From assembly GCA_050737675.1 (NCBI GenBank), contig JBOHXX010000001.1, positions 1 to 47,610 of the forward strand: a DNA stretch of 47,610 nt, given 5' to 3'. Source of the stretch: Pseudoxanthomonas sp. GTDB lineage: Bacteria > Pseudomonadota > Gammaproteobacteria > Xanthomonadales > Xanthomonadaceae. The position numbers and the translations under genes are program-made. Each line of letters begins with the position of its first letter. Positions within the stretch are counted from its first letter, which is position 1. Of this stretch, positions 8,389 through 17,830 are shown in pieces. Under the pieces are notes generated by a model, which saw nothing but the letters and a program-made list of their open reading frames with translations, had not been told where the DNA came from and did no database searches.

Positions 8389-11300
8389 TTACCAGTGGTA
8401 GCCGAATCGAACATTCCAGCGGCGACCCAGCAGGTCGTAGGTCATGGTGTCGGTGTTGGCGTTGGGATTGTTCTGGATGAACGGAGCCTTCCGATCAAAG
8501 ACGTTCTCCACACCAGCAGAGATATCCCACTTTTTCTTGATGCCGTAGCTCAGCTGCAAGTTGTGGTACAGCACGCTGGGGGCACGCGAGCCGATCGTGC
8601 CCGGCACGGCAATGATGTCGTCGGCGCTGCCGATGTACTGCGCCGAATAGACACCGGTCCACCGATTCTTGCCCATGCGCAAGGACCCCAAGCCTCGCCA
8701 CTGGGTGTAGCTGCCGAGTCCGCTGGTGATCTTTCCGGCGTATTCGATGGTGGTTGCGCCAACAAAAGGGGTAACGTCATAGCGTTCCAGGTATGACGCA
8801 TCCAGGCTGGCGCTGGTCTGCCAGCCTGCAAGGTCGAACTGGTACAGCACACCGATATCCACGCCCTCGGACTCTTCGCTGGCCGCATTGACCTGCTGGG
8901 AGGACAGGTAATTGACCTCGCCGGTCACCGGGTCTCGTGTGAAGTTGGCAGGAGAGCAGAACGGATGCGCCAGGTTGGGAGTGGTGTAGCAAGCGCGCAG
9001 CTTGACCGAGCCTTCGATGCTTCGGATCGCGTTCTCGATGCGGATGCGGTAGTAATCCGCTGTCAGCATCAACCCAGGCGCAAAGCCTGGCGTCCACACA
9101 AAGCCAGCAGTGAATGTGCGAGCGTCCTCAGGCTTGAGGTCGGGGTTGCCGCCAGTAGTGGTGAGAATCGTATTGCCCAGCTGACGAAAATTAGCGGGAA
9201 CGCCAGCGACTTGGCAGTTGGCGCGGATCACCGAGTCCGCTGGTAGGGCATTCCAGTTGCTGCACGGATCCAGCGTGGTCAGGCTCCCTTGCCCGATACC
9301 ACCGAACAGTTCGGGGATGCTGGGAATGCGAAATGCCGTAGCGTAATTGAGGCGGATCTTCAGCGGTTCGGCGACCTGCCAGTCCAGCCCGATCTTGTAG
9401 TTCGTATCACTGCCGAACAGATCGTAGTCCGAGTAGCGACCTGCCAGGTTCAAGGTGGCGTAGTCCACCAGTGGGATGTCCTGCAGCAGCGGGACTGCAA
9501 ACTCCACGAAAACTTCCTTGGCCGAGTACTCACCTTCGATGGGATCCTGGCGCACGATGTTGGCGCTGCCATTGACGACCAGCGGATCAGGGTAGAGCCA
9601 GCCGCGCTCCTTGCGGAACTCGACACCGGAGGCGAAGGCCACGCTGCCGGCAGGCAGATCGAACAACGAGCCGGAAATGGTGCCATTGAAGCCCTGCTGG
9701 CTGTTGCCGCCGGAGCCGCGCTGGGTGAACAAGATGTAGTCCAGCACTTCCGGAGTCAGGTTGCCGTAACCCAGATAGTTGCCGCAGGGAATGGCCGCGC
9801 CAGGGGTATTGCTGCACAGGCTGGTGTTGAGCGTGTTTTCCACCCGATCCAGGTTGGCGATGTTGGTCGAACTGTCGGTAGCCGAGTTACGGCCCCAATT
9901 CATTGCCACATTCCACGCCCAGCTATCGCCCCACTGCCCTTCCAAGCCCAGGACGGTACGAAAGGTGTCGACCTCCTGCTCGGTGATACGCGCTCCCGCC
10001 TCTTCCAGACGACGTCGTTCCAGCGTCAGATTCTGGCCGGTCGGATTGGTGGGATTGGTGGCCGCTATGCGAATGGTGCGGTAGACGCCCAGCGTATTGG
10101 GCGAGGCACGCTGGTTGGACTGCCGGTTGGTGGCCATCAACTCGGTGAAAAGCCGCGTGTTCTCGGTCAGGTCGAACTGGCCGAAGCCGCTCAGGCCAAT
10201 CCGCTTGATTGGGTTGACCGCATTGAGCAGCAGGTTGTAGTTGTAGTTGTGCCTAGCCGGATCGTAAAGCTCGTAGGAACGTGGATCGCCGCTAGGGTCC
10301 TGGTTGAAGTTCACCACGCGCCCATCGGCCAGACGCGCGCGGCCGCCGATCGTGGAGGAGTTGCCCACACATTGCAGCGAGCCGGCGACAACCCCCAGCG
10401 GGCACGGGGCCCGCGAGGCCATGGTGATGGTGCCGCTCTCGGCATAGGTCAGCGCGCCGGACATCGAGCTGCGTTCACCAGTGGTACCGAAGGCCAGGTT
10501 GAATGAGCCGATCTCGCCATCGCCCTTGAAGGTCTGGCCGTAGCGCATGGAGAGCTCGACTCCGTCCATCTCCTTGCGGGTGATTATGTTCACCACACCG
10601 GCGACCGCATCGGCACCGTAGATAGCAGAAGCGCCATCCTTCAAGATCTCGATGCGATCCACCAACGCCAGCGGAACGATGTTCAGATCGACCGAGTTAT
10701 TGGCGCCGGTGCCGCCGTTGACCACGCGACGGCCGTTGAGCAGCACCAGGGTGCGGTTCACACCCAGGCCGCGCAGGTTGATCTGGGTGGTGCCGTTACC
10801 GTTACCGGTCCAGAAGTTGTTGGATTGCGAGCCAGCCGCACCGGCCGAGGCCGGCAGCCGTTGTAGCAGCGTCTCCACTGACACGGCCCCTGAGCTCTGG
10901 ATGGTTTCCGCATCAATGACCGTCATGGGGCCCACACCGGACATTTGTGCGCGCTTGATGTGGCTGCCCGTCACTTGGACAGCATCGAAGGTGGTGGGTG
11001 TAGCGGTCGACGCCGTGGCTTTGTCGGAACCGATGGACTCGGTGGAGACATACGTTTCCGATCCTGCTTGCCCTAGACCGGAGGAGGGAGTGTTTCGATT
11101 GCTGGGCGCAGGCGTGGCTGCGCCCTCGCGCACGATCGCCAATGCACCGCTCTGATCGCGCTTGACGGTCAGGCCCGTTCCGGTGAGCAACCGAGAAAGC
11201 GCCGCATCCTGCGACAGGTCACCGCGCGCCCCGGAGGTGCGCCGATTACGCACGTCCTCGCTCAAGTACACCAGGCGTACCCCCGACTGCTTGGCATAGG

Positions 11301-11427
11301 CCTCAAGTGCGACCTTCAGATCCCCCTCTGGAATATCGAAGCTGCTTGTTTGTGCCGCGGCCGACGCCGCGATGACCAGCCCACAAATCACAGCCAAAGC
11401 TGTCTTCGCCACTTTCGTACGTGCCAT
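8389..11427 (-). CDS. TonB-dependent receptor/transducer with N-terminal STN signalling domain (TBDR2)
   Basis: Signal peptide; STN domain (FDIPEGDLKVALEAYAKQSG...ALSRLLTGTGL); plug motifs; C-terminal GRRWNVRFGYHW; lies downstream of fecR/sigma. Confidence 0.95.
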   Translation of the reverse strand: MARTKVAKTALAVICGLVIAASAAAQTSSFDIPEGDLKVALEAYAKQSGVRLVYLSEDVRNRRTSGARGDLSQDAALSRLLTGTGLTVKRDQSGALAIVREGAATPAPSNRNTPSSGLGQAGSETYVSTESIGSDKATASTATPTTFDAVQVTGSHIKRAQMSGVGPMTVIDAETIQSSGAVSVETLLQRLPASAGAAGSQSNNFWTGNGNGTTQINLRGLGVNRTLVLLNGRRVVNGGTGANNSVDLNIVPLALVDRIEILKDGASAIYGADAVAGVVNIITRKEMDGVELSMRYGQTFKGDGEIGSFNLAFGTTGERSSMSGALTYAESGTITMASRAPCPLGVVAGSLQCVGNSSTIGGRARLADGRVVNFNQDPSGDPRSYELYDPARHNYNYNLLLNAVNPIKRIGLSGFGQFDLTENTRLFTELMATNRQSNQRASPNTLGVYRTIRIAATNPTNPTGQNLTLERRRLEEAGARITEQEVDTFRTVLGLEGQWGDSWAWNVAMNWGRNSATDSSTNIANLDRVENTLNTSLCSNTPGAAIPCGNYLGYGNLTPEVLDYILFTQRGSGGNSQQGFNGTISGSLFDLPAGSVAFASGVEFRKERGWLYPDPLVVNGSANIVRQDPIEGEYSAKEVFVEFAVPLLQDIPLVDYATLNLAGRYSDYDLFGSDTNYKIGLDWQVAEPLKIRLNYATAFRIPSIPELFGGIGQGSLTTLDPCSNWNALPADSVIRANCQVAGVPANFRQLGNTILTTTGGNPDLKPEDARTFTAGFVWTPGFAPGLMLTADYYRIRIENAIRSIEGSVKLRACYTTPNLAHPFCSPANFTRDPVTGEVNYLSSQQVNAASEESEGVDIGVLYQFDLAGWQTSASLDASYLERYDVTPFVGATTIEYAGKITSGLGSYTQWRGLGSLRMGKNRWTGVYSAQYIGSADDIIAVPGTIGSRAPSVLYHNLQLSYGIKKKWDISAGVENVFDRKAPFIQNNPNANTDTMTYDLLGRRWNVRFGYHW

Positions 11428-11467
11428 GCAGTTTCCCCAGGTTGGCGCAAATCGGCCTGATGTCTTA

Positions 11468-11495
11468 GACGAGAGTGCAGCGCTGTTCCGGTACG
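11468..11495 (-). promoter_or_regulatory. Putative ECF-sigma promoter of TBDR2
   Basis: CGTACCGGAA-N12-CTCGTC; the same motif and spacing occur at 13089-13116. Confidence 0.7.
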
Positions 11496-11531
11496 AAATG
11501 TTTCAGATTGATGTCGACACGCATGAATCGC

Positions 11532-12473
11532 TCACCGAGGCTGGGAGACCCGGATCTGATTGTCCTGGGTCTCCACGCGCAGGTTGAATCCATTGGCCAG
11601 CAAACGCGCAAAGGCATCCACGCCGGTGGCATCGAAGCTTCCACCCACACGAATCTGAGCCGTTTCCGGATCCAAGATCACCAGTTGCTTGTCGTTGTAA
11701 CGGTTGAACTGGACCGCCACATCCGCCAAGGTGGATTGATCAAATTCCAGCGTACCGTGACGCCAGCTCAATGACCTGCGGACCTTGTCTTCCGCATTGA
11801 GCGCCACCACCGTACCCGTGAGCTTGCTGTAGAGCAGTCCGCCGCCCTGGACGATGACCGGTGGCCTTCCAGGATTGGCTACCCGCGGCTCCACTCGCAC
11901 CTTGCCCTCCAATACCGCCACTTCCAGACGTCCCCGCTCTTGCCTGACGGAGAACCTGGTTCCCAGTACCACGACCTTGTAGTCACCGGCATGGATCACG
12001 AACGGATGCTTGGGATCCGGCTTCACATCGAAGAAGGCCTCTCCGCTGTCCAACCATACATGACGCACTTTCGGGTCCACCTGTACGCGCAGTGCGGTAC
12101 GGGTGTTGAGTTCCAATCGTGAGCCGTCGGACAGCGCGACCACCTCCCTGCCACCCACCTCGGTGCTGTAGCGAGAGCCATTTCCCAACCAGAAGGCATG
12201 GGTGAGCACGGCCACCAAGGCCACGGTAGCGGCGACAGCCCAACGGGTGGAGATCACCCGGCGCCGTAGACGCGGGGGCTGCGTGCCCCTGACCGCAGCC
12301 AACCGATCCGCCCGTTGCCAGATCGATTTCAGGCGTAACCATGCCACGCGATGGGCCGTGTCTTGCTCCAGCCACGCGTCCAACTGCGCTTGGTCCTGCG
12401 GACGCCAGTCCACAGACTCGGCGCGATTGATCCACTGCGCCGCAACCTGTTCGATATCATTGTGCGGAGTCAT
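11532..12473 (-). CDS. fecR: FecR-family anti-sigma/transmembrane sensor
   Basis: Start reassigned to ATG 12473 (ATGA overlap with the sigma stop). AAQW...LDAWLEQDTAHRVAW, TM helix, LSDGSRLELNT, GEAFFDV, VLGTRFSV and SWRHGTLEF. Confidence 0.9.
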   Translation of the reverse strand: MTPHNDIEQVAAQWINRAESVDWRPQDQAQLDAWLEQDTAHRVAWLRLKSIWQRADRLAAVRGTQPPRLRRRVISTRWAVAATVALVAVLTHAFWLGNGSRYSTEVGGREVVALSDGSRLELNTRTALRVQVDPKVRHVWLDSGEAFFDVKPDPKHPFVIHAGDYKVVVLGTRFSVRQERGRLEVAVLEGKVRVEPRVANPGRPPVIVQGGGLLYSKLTGTVVALNAEDKVRRSLSWRHGTLEFDQSTLADVAVQFNRYNDKQLVILDPETAQIRVGGSFDATGVDAFARLLANGFNLRVETQDNQIRVSQPR

Positions 12474-13066
12474 GGGTGAAAACGTTCCTTGTTGAAGCGC
12501 CTGGGCGGGCGCTGGATCTTGCCGGTGCCGCCGAGCATGAAATCGGCCAGTGCCCGCATGCCCAGCAACGTCTGCCGCTCCACGGTATCTTCCGTGATAC
12601 CTAGTCGGGTCGCCACTTCGCGCTGGGAAAGCCCGTAGATCTTGCGCAGTTCCACGATCTGTCGGCATTTGGTCGGCAACTTCTGCAAGCCAAGCTGCAA
12701 GCGACGCAGCTCATCACGCGCGCCCAAGTGTCGTTCGGGGGTGACCTCATCGGCTTGCCCCGCCACCTGCTCCACATCGGCCATCGCTTCGATGGACACG
12801 ATGCGCGAGCGACGGATGCGATCAATCAACAGGTTGCGTACGGTGGTCATTACAAAGGGCTTGGCCTGCACGGGAAGGCCCCTGCGTGCGGCCTCGTAGA
12901 TGCGTGTGTAGGCCTCTTGCCGCAGATCAGGGACCTCACTGTCATCATGTCCGTGCCGGCGCAGGAAGGCGTGGATCAAGCCTTCCAGCGGCAAGACATG
13001 CGAAATGAACCATTCATCCAGCGCTGAGGTCACCGTGGCACTCGTTGTTTCATTAGACAGGCTCAA
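12470..13066 (-). CDS. ECF sigma-70 factor (FecI-like)
   Basis: Region 2 DLRQEAY...RNLLIDRIRR; region 4 LPTKCRQIVELRKIYGLSQREVATRLGITEDTVE; coupled to fecR. Confidence 0.92.
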   Translation of the reverse strand: MSLSNETTSATVTSALDEWFISHVLPLEGLIHAFLRRHGHDDSEVPDLRQEAYTRIYEAARRGLPVQAKPFVMTTVRNLLIDRIRRSRIVSIEAMADVEQVAGQADEVTPERHLGARDELRRLQLGLQKLPTKCRQIVELRKIYGLSQREVATRLGITEDTVERQTLLGMRALADFMLGGTGKIQRPPRRFNKERFHP

Positions 13067-13088
13067 GCTAATGTCGTCCCTGCACTAG

Positions 13089-13116
13089 GACGAGCACTGG
13101 AAAAAATTCCGGTACG
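13089..13116 (-). promoter_or_regulatory. Putative autoregulatory ECF promoter of the sigma gene
   Basis: CGTACCGGAA-N12-CTCGTC, 22 bp upstream of the TTG start. Confidence 0.7.
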
Positions 13117-13155
13117 CAATTTCTCAGCCGGCGCTTGTGGCCGCGGGTAGTTCAT

Positions 13156-13300
13156 TCAGACGTCGAAATCGTCATACGTTACTTGGCTGTACGGTATGCC
13201 CAGCTTGGCCAGCAGTTCACGGGTGGCCTTGAGTATGACCGGCGGGCCACACGGACTCGGCCAGGGCCTCATGGGCTTTGAGCAGACGATCGTGGACGAT
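13156..13300 (-). pseudogene. C-terminal relic of an NqrF/FNR-type oxidoreductase (frameshifted)
   Basis: IVHDRLLKAHEALAE, then after a frameshift CGPPVILKATRELLAKLGIPYSQVTYDDFDV*. This matches the CGPP...LG...DDF C-terminus of NqrF-like proteins. Confidence 0.65.
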
Positions 13301-13309
13301 TTACTAAAC

Positions 13310-13777
13310 CTATTGCAGCTTCGACGTCATCAAGGCAATCTCAGCCTTCTGGGATGAAATGATCTCTTGGCACAACTGCACAAGATCAGGGTCTTTGAGC
13401 TGGTTCTCTTCGCACATCAATACCGCTCCCGCATGGTGGGGGATCATGGATCTGACGAACTGATTGTCAGAGATCGCAGTTTGCTGGCGAATGAAGACCC
13501 AGCACAGGATCATCACCAACAGTGTGGCGAGGATGATCACTCCATTGAGCTTGGCGTTGGGATACATGCTGCGCATGAGCGCCATTTCGATGAGCACCAT
13601 GGGCGCGGCCATCAGGCCCGCCATGTAAACCTGGTTGAAATTGGCGTAGACGTTGGCGAAGCGGTCGACCATCGCATACATCAGGATGAACATCGCCACG
13701 AACGAGAGTGCCGTCATCAAGAGTAAACGGCCGTAATGGCCCTGCTTCCCATGCTGGCCTTTATGCATCGTTTCCAT
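13310..13777 (-). CDS. DUF305 (ferritin-like, Met/His-rich) membrane protein
   Basis: Three hydrophobic segments followed by FVRSMIPHHAGAVLM...EIISSQKAEIALM. Confidence 0.85.
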   Translation of the reverse strand: METMHKGQHGKQGHYGRLLLMTALSFVAMFILMYAMVDRFANVYANFNQVYMAGLMAAPMVLIEMALMRSMYPNAKLNGVIILATLLVMILCWVFIRQQTAISDNQFVRSMIPHHAGAVLMCEENQLKDPDLVQLCQEIISSQKAEIALMTSKLQ

Positions 13778-13813
13778 AGATCACCTCATTGCGTTACAAG
13801 CGTGAACTTCCCG

Positions 13814-13857
13814 AAAAAAGCAGACCAGGCGCGAAGTTGTTCCGCGCCTAGTCCGCT
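13814..13857 (-). terminator. Rho-independent terminator after the EF-hand gene
   Basis: AGCGGACTAGGCGCG...CGCGCCTGGTCTGCT stem followed by a T run. Confidence 0.7.
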
Positions 13858-13868
13858 CAACCGATCGA

Positions 13869-14186
13869 TTACATACCGCTGGCCTTGGCGAACTCAGCGG
13901 GACTCAGGCTGCCATTCTTGTCAGAATCGAGCATGGAGAAATGGGCCGCTTTTGGATCCTTGGCCATCTCGATCTTTGACAATTTCCCATCCTTGTTGGT
14001 ATCGAGCTTGGCGAAGGCATCACCCGTCATTTTGCTGTGATCCATCTGGCCATGCGACATGCCCATCTTGCTGTGATCCATGGGTTGGGCTGCAGTGGGT
14101 TTGTCAGTTTTTGCCGGATCGGCAGCCAGGGCGGAACCGGAGGCAAGCAACAGTGAGATAGCGAGAGCAGAGTGCAACATTTTCAT
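13869..14186 (-). CDS. Small secreted EF-hand protein with MDHSKM motifs
   Basis: Start ATG 14186 (RBS AAGGAG); signal peptide; two MDHSKM motifs; EF-hand loops DTNKDGKLSKIE and DSDKNGSLSPAE. Confidence 0.85.
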   Translation of the reverse strand: MKMLHSALAISLLLASGSALAADPAKTDKPTAAQPMDHSKMGMSHGQMDHSKMTGDAFAKLDTNKDGKLSKIEMAKDPKAAHFSMLDSDKNGSLSPAEFAKASGM

Positions 14187-14202
14187 CAGACAACTCCTTT
14201 GG

Positions 14203-16848
14203 TTAGTGGCAAGAAGCGCTCTTAGCCGGTTCATCGGCTGGAGCAATATGTGCTTGCTTGGAGGACATCTTCCCCAGTCGCAACGCGTTGGTAACGACAG
14301 AGACAGAGCTCAGACTCATGGCCAGAGCCGCGATCATCGGGCTAAGCAGCAACCCGAACACGGGATAGAGCACGCCTGCCGCAATCGGCACTCCCAGGGC
14401 GTTGTAGAGAAACGCAAACCCGAGGTTTTGCTTCATGTTGGCGACGGTTTCGTTGGAGATAGCCCGGGCCTGCACAATGCGGGTCAGATCGCCCTTGACC
14501 AAAGTGATCTGCGCACTGGACATCGCGACATCAGTGCCCGTTCCCATGGCAATCCCGACATCGGCCGCGGCCAGTGCAGGGGCATCGTTAATTCCATCAC
14601 CTGCCATGGCCACACGACGACCCTCGGCCTTTAGCTTGTTGACCAGCTCGACCTTGTCTCGCGGTCGAACCTGACCGTGCACTTCTTCAATGCCCAAGGT
14701 ATACCCCACCGCCTCTGCAGTGCCCTGGGCATCACCAGAAGCCATGACGATCCTCAGTCCATCAGCACGCAAGGCGTTCAGCGCTTGAAGCGTGGTGTCC
14801 TTGATCTTGTCGGCCACTGCAACGGCACCGGCCAGGCGTCCGTCGACGGCCAGGAACATGACGCTCGCGCCTTGCTTGCGAAGACGTTCAGCCGCGTCTG
14901 CCACCGGAGCGATATCCGCGCCCACACTAGTCATGAGCGCTTGATTGCCAAGCGCCAGCACCCGGCCTTCGATTTGGCCTTGCACGCCTCGCCCAGTAAT
15001 CGAGTTGAACTCTTGAGTGGCGATCAGCATTTGTCCGCGGTTCTTGGCCTCAGCCAAGATCGCTTCGGCCAGCGGGTGCTCGCTGCCCTGCTCCAGGCTT
15101 GCCGCCCATTGCAATACCTGGTCTTCGGTAAAATCGTTGGCTGTAATGATCTCCCGGTAAGTAGGGCGGCCTTCGGTGAGGGTGCCGGTCTTGTCGACGA
15201 TCAAGGTATCGATCTTGCGCAGTTGCTCGATGGCTTCAGCATCTTTAAACAGCACACCCACCTGCGCCGCCCGGCCCGTGGCCACCATGATCGACATCGG
15301 GGTCGCCAAGCCCAACGCACAGGGACAGGCAATGATCAGCACCGAGACCGCATTGAGCACGGCGTAAGTCCACGAAGGCTCAGGACCGAACAAGCCCCAG
15401 CCCAGGAAGGTCAATACCGCCGCACTAAGCACGGCGAGCACAAACCAGAAAGCCACCTTGTCCGCCATCCGCTGCATGGGCGCGCGTGAGCGCTGCGCCT
15501 GGGCTACCAGCTGCACGATCTGCGAGAGCATGGTGGCCGAGCCTACTTGGTCAGCACGGACGATCAGGCTGCCTGTGCCATTGAGGGTTGCGCCAATGAC
15601 CTTGGCACCCTCGTCTTTTTCTACCGGAATAGGCTCGCCCGTGAGCATGGACTCGTCAATGTTGCTACGGCCTTCCAGCACCGTTCCATCCACGGGCACC
15701 TTCTCGCCCGGACGCACCCGCAGACGATCGCCCACATGGACATGGTCCAGGGGAATGTCCTCTTCCACACCAGCGTCAGTAATCCGCCGTGCGGTTTTTG
15801 GTGCCAGACCCAGCAAGGCCTTGATGGCTGCCGAGGTCTTGGAACGCGCGCGAAGCTCCAGCAACTGACCCAACAGGGTCAGCGACACAATCACTGCGGC
15901 TGCTTCAAAGTAAACACCAACACGGCCATGTTCACGGAAAGAGGCAGGAAAGAGATCTGGGGCTAATGTGGCCACCACACTGTATCCAAACGCCGAGGCC
16001 ACACCGATCCCGATCAGGGTCCACATATTCGGACTGCGATTGCGGATCGATTGGATACAACGTTCAAAGAACGGCCAGCCTGCCCAGAGCACGACGGGCG
16101 CACTGAGCACCAGCTCGATCCAGGTGCGCGCCTCGGTCGAGAGGAAACTAATGCGATGCCCCAGCATGGCCAGGGCCAACACGATGATCGTGAGCGGCAG
16201 GGTCCACCAGAAGCGCCGGGTGAAATCACGCAGTTCCGGATTGTCCTCGTCTTCCAGACTCGGCATTTCCGGCTCCAACGCCATGCCGCAAATGGGGCAC
16301 GTGCCCGGGCCTTCCTGGCGGATCTGGGGATGCATCGGACAGGTATAGATGGTGCCCGCTGGCGCAGCTATCTCCGTGGCCTTCGGCTCGGGCGATAGAT
16401 ATTTCTGAGGCTCTGTAATGAAGCGCTCGCGGCACTTCGCAGAGCAGAAATGATAGTCGGTGTCTTGATGCGCCGCATGATGCACCGTTGTCGCAGGGTC
16501 CACGGTCATGCCGCACACTGGATCAACAGCCGCACCAACCGTTGTCTCGGGAGTTTTTGAGCAGCAGGAGGCGCCCAAGGACGCTGCTCCGTCGCCCTTA
16601 TCGGGAGCCTTCGGCTCGGGCGAGAGATACTTTTTCGGCTCCGCAATAAAGCGTTCGCGGCAACGCGCCGAGCAGAAGTGATAGTCCGCGCCTTGGTGCG
16701 TCGCATGATGCATCGTCGTCGCAGGATCCACCGTCATGCCGCAGACCGGATCGACGACCGTCCCAACGGTTGTCGTCGGTGTTTTGGAAGCACAGCAAGA
16801 TCCGCCTGAGGATGTCTCCCCGTGGTCATGGTTGGAATGGGTATTCAT
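14203..16848 (-). CDS. copF: Cu(I)-translocating P1B-1 ATPase with tandem YHS domains (CopF-like)
   Basis: Start ATG 16848 (ATGA overlap with the MerR gene). 2x DPVCGM...FCSxxC, YTCPMHP...[31 protein letters not shown] and MSLSS. Confidence 0.95.
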   Translation of the reverse strand: MNTHSNHDHGETSSGGSCCASKTPTTTVGTVVDPVCGMTVDPATTMHHATHQGADYHFCSARCRERFIAEPKKYLSPEPKAPDKGDGAASLGASCCSKTPETTVGAAVDPVCGMTVDPATTVHHAAHQDTDYHFCSAKCRERFITEPQKYLSPEPKATEIAAPAGTIYTCPMHPQIRQEGPGTCPICGMALEPEMPSLEDEDNPELRDFTRRFWWTLPLTIIVLALAMLGHRISFLSTEARTWIELVLSAPVVLWAGWPFFERCIQSIRNRSPNMWTLIGIGVASAFGYSVVATLAPDLFPASFREHGRVGVYFEAAAVIVSLTLLGQLLELRARSKTSAAIKALLGLAPKTARRITDAGVEEDIPLDHVHVGDRLRVRPGEKVPVDGTVLEGRSNIDESMLTGEPIPVEKDEGAKVIGATLNGTGSLIVRADQVGSATMLSQIVQLVAQAQRSRAPMQRMADKVAFWFVLAVLSAAVLTFLGWGLFGPEPSWTYAVLNAVSVLIIACPCALGLATPMSIMVATGRAAQVGVLFKDAEAIEQLRKIDTLIVDKTGTLTEGRPTYREIITANDFTEDQVLQWAASLEQGSEHPLAEAILAEAKNRGQMLIATQEFNSITGRGVQGQIEGRVLALGNQALMTSVGADIAPVADAAERLRKQGASVMFLAVDGRLAGAVAVADKIKDTTLQALNALRADGLRIVMASGDAQGTAEAVGYTLGIEEVHGQVRPRDKVELVNKLKAEGRRVAMAGDGINDAPALAAADVGIAMGTGTDVAMSSAQITLVKGDLTRIVQARAISNETVANMKQNLGFAFLYNALGVPIAAGVLYPVFGLLLSPMIAALAMSLSSVSVVTNALRLGKMSSKQAHIAPADEPAKSASCH
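16378..16800 (-). repeat. Internal tandem duplication of an SCC-YHS unit (16606-16800 and 16378-16569)
   Basis: 42/49 identical residues between the two DPVCG...EPKA segments, each preceded by SCCx(x)KTPxTTVG. Confidence 0.9.
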
Positions 16849-17243
16849 GCCGGATCCTTCGCCAAGGCATTGAGGATTGGGCATTGTTCCAAAGCACCAT
16901 GGCCTGGGCACGAGTCAACGAGCATTTTCAGGCCATCGCGAATTCGAGTGAGTTCGGCCAGCTTCTCTTCGACATCAGCAAGTTTCTCCATAGCGGTGGT
17001 CTTCATGCCCGCCATGTCTTTTTCGCGATGGCTCGACAGTTCCAGCAAATCGCGGATCTCTTGCAAAGTGAACCCGAGGGCCTTGGCGCGGCGCACGAAG
17101 CGCAGGCGAGAGACGTCCCCCAGCTCATATTGTCGATAGCCCGAACGCAGTCGCTGGGGCTCCGGTAACAGCCCTTGCCGCTCGTAGTAGCGCACCGTGT
17201 CTATGTTGACTTCGGCCTTCTGGGCCAATTCACCGATCTTCAT
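16845..17243 (-). CDS. MerR-family heavy-metal regulator (CueR-like)
   Basis: Start ATG 17243 (RBS GGAGG). MKIGELA...[11 protein letters not shown]...[17 protein letters not shown] and metal loop [13 protein letters not shown]. Confidence 0.93.
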   Translation of the reverse strand: MKIGELAQKAEVNIDTVRYYERQGLLPEPQRLRSGYRQYELGDVSRLRFVRRAKALGFTLQEIRDLLELSSHREKDMAGMKTTAMEKLADVEEKLAELTRIRDGLKMLVDSCPGHGALEQCPILNALAKDPA

Positions 17244-17271
17244 AAATCGCACCTCCAATTTCACTGACCAC

Positions 17272-17303
17272 AGTCTGCACTCTGGACCGTAGTCCAGAGT
17301 CAA
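17272..17303 (-). promoter_or_regulatory. MerR-type promoter/operator for merR-copF
   Basis: TTGACT (-35), perfect dyad ACTCTGGAC-N4-GTCCAGAGT, and a -10-like CAGACT after an elongated 20-bp spacer. Confidence 0.85.
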
Positions 17304-17313
17304 GGTCAATTTG

Positions 17314-17817
17314 TCAGTGCTGGCTGAATGGGCTCGTCGTGCCATCTCGTCCCACCAATTCCACCGTATAAGGCTTGGCTGTCCCCTCTGCGCCTTCCAT
17401 TCCAGGAGAGCCCATGGGCATTCCCGGCAGCACCAGACCCTTGGCGTCAGGCTTCTCAGCCAGCAGGCGTTTGATGTCCTCAGCGGGCACATGGCCTTCG
17501 ATGACATAGCCTGCGATCTCGGCCGTGTGGCATGAGCCTTTGCCGTAGGGCACGCCCAATCGCTGCTTCACCGGCATCACATCCTCGTTGTTCCTGACCT
17601 CAACTTGAAAACCAGCCTCTTTCAAATGATCCACCCATAGACCACAACATCCGCAAGTCGGGCTCTTGTGCACCAAGGCAACCGCCAACCCGTGGGCCTC
17701 TGCGCTCTGCTCAACCGCAGCAACTACGGCGATTGGTGCTCCCGTGGTGGGTGCGCAGGCACTCAGGCCCGCCACGATGACCAAAAGAGATAGCGACCTA
17801 ACCCGATTTATGTTCAT
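17314..17817 (-). CDS. copG: DUF411/CopG family periplasmic metal-binding lipoprotein
   Basis: Lipobox LSAC, SPTCGCCGLW, SCHTA, EGHVPA and PGMPMGSPGME. Confidence 0.9.
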   Translation of the reverse strand: MNINRVRSLSLLVIVAGLSACAPTTGAPIAVVAAVEQSAEAHGLAVALVHKSPTCGCCGLWVDHLKEAGFQVEVRNNEDVMPVKQRLGVPYGKGSCHTAEIAGYVIEGHVPAEDIKRLLAEKPDAKGLVLPGMPMGSPGMEGAEGTAKPYTVELVGRDGTTSPFSQH

Positions 17818-17830
17818 AGAAGCTCTTCCT

